64,000 nt of DNA from Candidatus Sericytochromatia bacterium (lineage in GTDB: Bacteria; Cyanobacteriota; Sericytochromatia; S15B-MN24; JAQBPE01). A program made the translations under genes and the position numbers. The notes under the pieces were generated by a model that was not told the origin of the DNA, searched no databases, and saw only the letters and a list, made by a program, of their open reading frames with translations. Location: the NCBI GenBank assembly GCA_040400605.1, contig JBBAPZ010000006.1, forward strand, positions 97,524 to 161,523. The letters run 5' to 3'. Shown in pieces: positions 60,041 through 64,000 of this stretch. The first letter of the stretch is position 1, and every line of letters starts with the position of its first letter.

Positions 60041-61891
60041 TCACAACCGCGCTTCCACTTCCTTTATGGAGCGTGCCCGATCGATCGCTTCCAGCCAATT
60101 GGCGGCCTGTTCGCAATTGGAATCAATACTGAGTGCGTGTTGTGCAACACCACGCGCACCGTCGAAATCGCCGGCCTGAAACAAGCAATCGATGAGTCGC
60201 AGAGCCGAGACGATATCGCGCGGATTGCGCTCAATGGCAACGGTGAAATATCGAATCGCGCCAGTCATCTCAGATAGCGCCAACGCTGCTTCACCGGCAC
60301 GCCGATAGACGTAGGGGTCACTCACGCGTAGCGCGATGGCACGTTCAAAAGCTTCCATAGCCTCCTGATTTTGCCGCTTCTTTTGCAGCACCCGTCCAAG
60401 CGTCATCCACGCGTCCCCGTGCTCCGGGTCAAGCGACACAGCCTTGTTCAACAAGGTCAGTGCGGGTTCTTCCCGCGAAGAGGCAAGACACAAGGCTCCC
60501 AACAATGCCAACAACGGCGCGCTGGCGGGACTATGCGTCAGCGCATCCCGACACACGAGCACGGCATCCTCACGAGCGCCCTGTTTGATCAAACAATTGG
60601 CCAGCCACAAAGCTGCTACCTCTTGGTTGGCATCTCCAGACCGAATTTTCCGAAAATACATTTCTGCATCATTCCAGTTGCCTTTCTCAAAAGCCTCACG
60701 CCCGAGATCCAACCAACGGGCAGAACCGGCGCGCACCCCAAACTCAAGGCCGCCAGCACCCCAAAAAACAGGCAAACGCCCATCACGCAGCATCAACAAC
60801 GCCCAGTAGGCATAACAGGCGCAAAGGTTACCAAATGCGCCAAAAGAGAAAGGGCGGGCCTTCCAGACATGGATGAAACATTTGCGTGCCTGGCGAAAAG
60901 AACGTTGCCCCAAATGGGTCAAACCGAGCCTTTCAATCACCTGGATATCCTGCGGATTCAAACCCCGTGCACGCTGCAGAACCAGTTCGGCCTTGTTAAA
61001 ATTGCCCAGCCGTGCCCACAACCAACCCGCCCGAGACATCGCCACGGCATCTCGATCATAATCACGCCAGACTTCATCCAACAATGTGTCTGCCGCATCC
61101 ACGTCACGTAGCGCAACATAAGCGGAAGCCAGATCAAGAATCCCATCCGCTAACCCGGGTACGCGCTCTTTCACCTGCATCAAGGGCCCAATTGCCGCAA
61201 CCGCGTCGCCGTCCATCAAATGGGATTGACCCAATCCTTTGAGCGCTTCCAATTGATCCGGCACAAGGCTCAATGCCCGTTCGAAACTCTGACGCGCCTT
61301 GTCATACACTTGAAGATGCCACAGCGCCCAGCCACACACGATGTGGCCTTCTGCCAGGTTCGGGTGGTCTTGGATCAACACTTCCGCCTGTTGACGCGCC
61401 TTCGCGTAACGGTGATCGCCAAGCAGCACCCTCACCCGTGTCACCAAACACTCGGGATCGGACGGCGCCAACGCCAATGCCTTGTCAATCCATTGCAAGG
61501 CGCCCCGATAATCCCGCGACAACGCCAGCAACCGCGCCATATCCGCCATCAACTCTGGTCGATCGGGATCCCGTTTGATCGCCTGCTCCTGATACATCAG
61601 CGCCCGTTCGTGTTGCCCCAATGCCGCGTGCAGCCGAGCAAGCCCAGACAAAGCCTCCGTGAAGTCAGGATCCAAAGACAAAGCCAATTGGAGGTGATTC
61701 ACGGCATCGGTGAGATCCCCGATCTCCTGGCAAATACTTGCAATCACCCGGTGGAGGTCAGGACTAGGCGCCAACCCAACCAACTCTTGAAACAGCTGAC
61801 GAGCGCCAAGAAGATCACCCGCCTCAAGCGCCCTGCGCCCAAGAGCCAGCCACTCCTCCTCAGACAAGGCATGGGTATCACTCACCATCAC
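60041..61891 (-). CDS. tetratricopeptide-repeat protein
   Basis: 616 aa of consecutive 34-aa TPR-like units (A..Y..AL.L.P....A...LG...). No catalytic motif. Confidence 0.7.
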   Translation of the reverse strand: MMVSDTHALSEEEWLALGRRALEAGDLLGARQLFQELVGLAPSPDLHRVIASICQEIGDLTDAVNHLQLALSLDPDFTEALSGLARLHAALGQHERALMYQEQAIKRDPDRPELMADMARLLALSRDYRGALQWIDKALALAPSDPECLVTRVRVLLGDHRYAKARQQAEVLIQDHPNLAEGHIVCGWALWHLQVYDKARQSFERALSLVPDQLEALKGLGQSHLMDGDAVAAIGPLMQVKERVPGLADGILDLASAYVALRDVDAADTLLDEVWRDYDRDAVAMSRAGWLWARLGNFNKAELVLQRARGLNPQDIQVIERLGLTHLGQRSFRQARKCFIHVWKARPFSFGAFGNLCACYAYWALLMLRDGRLPVFWGAGGLEFGVRAGSARWLDLGREAFEKGNWNDAEMYFRKIRSGDANQEVAALWLANCLIKQGAREDAVLVCRDALTHSPASAPLLALLGALCLASSREEPALTLLNKAVSLDPEHGDAWMTLGRVLQKKRQNQEAMEAFERAIALRVSDPYVYRRAGEAALALSEMTGAIRYFTVAIERNPRDIVSALRLIDCLFQAGDFDGARGVAQHALSIDSNCEQAANWLEAIDRARSIKEVEARL

Positions 61892-61966
61892 GTGCCCATT
61901 CCGCCCGCGCCCGGTCAGACACCGTCACGCGTCAAGCCAATCGACCAAGCGCAAAAGCCAAAAAAG

Positions 61967-62048
61967 TGGGGACAGCGGGACTTGAACCCGCACGACTCGA
62001 AGTCAGGCGATTTTAAGTCGCATGCGTCTGCCATTCCGCCATGCCCCC
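61967..62048 (-). tRNA. tRNA-Leu (anticodon TAA), CCA not encoded
   Basis: Reverse complement: acceptor GGGGGCA/TGTCCCC (one G-T pair), D-arm TGGCGGAATGGCAGACGC, anticodon loop CTTAAAA, long variable arm and T-loop GGGTTCAAGTCCC. Confidence 0.8.
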
Positions 62049-62255
62049 AGCTTGCAAGACAACTGCCTGCCTCTCCACTATATCATACCCACGCCAAAAC
62101 GATCTCAAAACCGATTTGCGTGCAAGTGGCAAGAGGCACCAAACGGTTGGTTAAAAACAAACTGGATTTTGTTGCGCCATTCCTGTCACACCTGTGTTAA
62201 AATTGACACGTGTACAGACTGCTTGGACTGTCAAAATGGCAATTGGCCAAGGTCC

Positions 62256-63107
62256 ATGGCGTGCGCGACAGTCGAGGAAGAAGGGTTTATCGTGCGTCAA
62301 CAATCACTTTCCGCCAAGATTATCCTTGAGCAATTACGGGTTCTGGGGATGAACAAAACGGCGTTCGCTCGGCGGTTGGGAGTGAGTCAGGACTATGTTT
62401 ATCGTGTCTTGAATGGGCGTATTGCGTTTCCGCACGCACGGGAGACGATTGAGCGCATGGCTGAGATCTGTCAATTGGATCCATTTACTTTTGCCGAGTA
62501 TCGGGAACTGGACGAGGCGTTGTCGACATCGGCTCGCCTAGTTTGGCAGCGCCTGCGTGAACGGGGAATGACGCGGGAAGATTTGTTCCAGGCCATGGGC
62601 GGGCGAATCAGCCGCCCGTATTTCAACAGCATTTTGCGGGGCGATCAGCCGTTTCCGAGTAATCGGGCGTATATTCAGATGTTTGCGTTGGCACTTGACT
62701 TGCCGCCGACCGCATTCAAGGAATTTGGGCACAAACACACCCCCCGTTGGACGCAAGAGGAACTCGTCGAGCAAGAAGAGCGCAGCTTCAGCCTATTTTT
62801 TGACAAAATGATGGCTGATTACGGCTATGCCCGCTACCCAATCGGTTTGACGGTATTGAATGATGCCAACGTTCTGCAGTTTTTTCCGGAGAAACAGCAA
62901 TTGGATGCAGGTGTTCAGCTAATCCTGGAGCGGATGGGTGAACTTGGCATGGGCTTCAAGGAGTTAAACAAGGTGGCTGGCATTCCGACCGACGATTTGC
63001 GCCGCTTGTTCACCGATGCGGAAGCCGTCGCTGGCATGCGCCCAGAAGTTGAGACGATTCAATCCGTGTTGCACGTGGCACAGCAGCTAGAGCGCAGCGA
63101 ACACTAA
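62256..63107 (+). CDS. triple helix-turn-helix (XRE/Cro-C1-like) DNA-binding protein
   Basis: Three repeats of an HTH pattern: LRVLGMNKTAFARRLGVSQDYVYRVLNG, LRERGMTREDLFQAMGGRISRPYFNSILRG and MGELGMGFKELNKVAGIPTDDLRRLF. ATG 62256 chosen; GTG 62292 with a strong GAGGAAG RBS is also possible. The track's 62022 start overlaps the tRNA-Leu gene. Confidence 0.6.
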   Translation: MACATVEEEGFIVRQQSLSAKIILEQLRVLGMNKTAFARRLGVSQDYVYRVLNGRIAFPHARETIERMAEICQLDPFTFAEYRELDEALSTSARLVWQRLRERGMTREDLFQAMGGRISRPYFNSILRGDQPFPSNRAYIQMFALALDLPPTAFKEFGHKHTPRWTQEELVEQEERSFSLFFDKMMADYGYARYPIGLTVLNDANVLQFFPEKQQLDAGVQLILERMGELGMGFKELNKVAGIPTDDLRRLFTDAEAVAGMRPEVETIQSVLHVAQQLERSEH

Positions 63108-63627
63108 ATCACGACACAGCGGTTGCTGTCCAAAACCTTTATGGCAAATTTAACAACAAAAAACAGGCTCGCCGTGATATTCAGTGCCAGCCTGACACAT
63201 CTTTACCCGTGAAAGCGTTTTGGATCGCAAACACGCGACAACCGACCCGCCAAGGGTCTTACGGGGCTACGCTTTGCTGAAACGTAGCCGTTTTCTTGTG
63301 GTTCAAGTGCCCCGATGGTGTGTGCTTGCCGATGTGTCGCGTGCGATGTCTGTCGGCTGTGGGCTGGAATGGCAATCAGCTGCCATCGCTCAGGACCGTG
63401 TGGATGGTCGGTCGGGGATGATTCGTCAGACTTGGCTAACTCAGTCCACAATGACATTCGTCTACTGAGCGTTGCAGCGATGTCCGTCGTAGGAGTCGAA
63501 GTCAGTCTTGGGACAGTGGCGTCCAGGTTCGGAGAAGGTCGTCTGAACAGTGAGGCGCTGATGGTTGAGGGCCCCAACGGTTTGTTTGACACTTCGATGG
63601 TGCTGGTGTAACATTTTAAATCGTGAC

Positions 63628-63704
63628 GGGACGTAGCGCAGCTTGGTAGCGCATCTGCTTTGGGAGCAGAGGGTCGCTGGTTCGAATCCAGTCGTCCCGA
63701 CCAT
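63628..63704 (+). tRNA. tRNA-Pro (anticodon TGG)
   Basis: Acceptor CGGGACG/CGTCCCG, anticodon loop TTTGGGA, T-loop GGTTCGAATCC, CCA encoded. Confidence 0.85.
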
Positions 63705-63714
63705 CCTGGTTTTG

Positions 63715-63788
63715 CGGGAGTAACTCAATGGTAGAGTACCTGCCTTCCAAGCAGGTTGTTGCGGGTTCGAGTCCCGTCTCCCGCTCCA
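63715..63788 (+). tRNA. tRNA-Gly (anticodon TCC)
   Basis: Acceptor GCGGGAG/CTCCCGC, anticodon loop CTTCCAA, T-loop GGGTTCGAGTCCC, CCA encoded. Confidence 0.85.
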
Positions 63789-63794
63789 TGACGG

Positions 63795-63871
63795 GCGCTC
63801 GTAGCTCAGCTGGATAGAGCATCCGCCTTCTAAGCGGACGGTCGAGGGTTCAAGTCCCCCCGAGCGCGCCA
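63795..63871 (+). tRNA. tRNA-Arg (anticodon TCT)
   Basis: Acceptor GCGCTCG/CGAGCGC, D-arm TAGCTCAGCTGGATAGAGC, anticodon loop CTTCTAA, CCA encoded. The T-stem has one apparent mismatch. Confidence 0.7.
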
Positions 63872-63886
63872 ACTCCGGGTTTTCTT

Positions 63887-63960
63887 GGTGGTTGTGGTGA
63901 AGTGGTCAACACAGAGGATTGTGGATCCTCCATTCGCGGGTTCGAACCCCGTCAGCCACC
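63887..63960 (+). tRNA. tRNA-His (anticodon GTG) with encoded G-1, CCA not encoded
   Basis: Extra 5' G before acceptor GTGGTTG/CAGCCAC, anticodon loop TTGTGGA, T-loop GGGTTCGAACCCC, discriminator C. Confidence 0.75.
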
Positions 63961-64000
63961 CCTGATTTCAGGAAGCCTTCGATCCGCTGGGTCGGGGGCT

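Noticed and set aside
60371-61111. 246-aa + ORF
   Set aside because: Antisense to the TPR protein gene.
62022-62255. Upstream extension of the HTH ORF to 62022
   Set aside because: It would overlap the tRNA-Leu gene on the opposite strand and lacks an RBS. The start was moved to 62256/62292.
63500-63570. SRP-RNA-like motif (CAGGTTCGGAGAAGG)
   Set aside because: Only a superficial resemblance to the 4.5S domain IV consensus (CAGGUCCGGAAGGAAGCAGC). The flanking helix and conserved GNAR tetraloop context are absent.
63462-63872. 136-aa minus-strand ORF
   Set aside because: It lies entirely antisense to the tRNA-Pro/Gly/Arg genes. Its translation is just reverse-read tRNA sequence (GFEPAT..., KLRYVP...).

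Overview
The window is a high-GC (~60%) bacterial chromosomal segment with about 55 protein-coding genes, 6 tRNAs and no rRNA, CRISPR array, integrase or transposase. The lineage cannot be assigned, though a ClpC N-terminus that reads like cyanobacterial ClpC, an HspR repressor, LCP and DUF881 proteins suggest the Terrabacteria group. Core housekeeping genes are clpC with hspR upstream, type-I citrate synthase, pepA, uvrC, ruvC-ruvA, hom-thrC, mutS2, ndk, ilvE, ctpA and an envC-like M23 peptidase. The window ends in a tRNA operon (Pro-Gly-Arg-His), and there are two further tRNAs: tRNA-Pro(CGG) on the minus strand near 31.7 kb and tRNA-Leu(TAA) on the minus strand near 62.0 kb. Accessory regions sit between these genes:
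(i) a gldA/gldF/gldG-like ABC exporter with a DUF4340 protein and a 570-bp palindrome-rich upstream region;
(ii) a translationally coupled string of GHL10-like hydrolase, cytoplasmic GAF-GAF histidine kinase, CX5R tyrosine phosphatase and Ig-like (Big_2) lipoprotein, next to a protein with a C39-like papain-fold domain;
(iii) a low-GC islet with an orphan 255-aa ORF and an AT-rich repeat-bearing intergenic region;
(iv) a glycoconjugate locus of hexapeptide acetyltransferase, GT4 glycosyltransferase, B12-binding radical SAM enzyme and UDP-glucose dehydrogenase, with an in-frame 27-bp tandem repeat inside the acetyltransferase;
(v) a peptidoglycan-recycling module in which AnmK and MurQ are fused into one 690-aa polypeptide, divergent from nagZ;
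(vi) a triple-HTH (XRE-like) protein sandwiched between tRNA genes.
All calls rest on reading the translated ORFs and the raw sequence by eye; no database searches were possible. The ORF track labels GTG and TTG starts as M, so several starts were re-chosen from RBS and overlap context.
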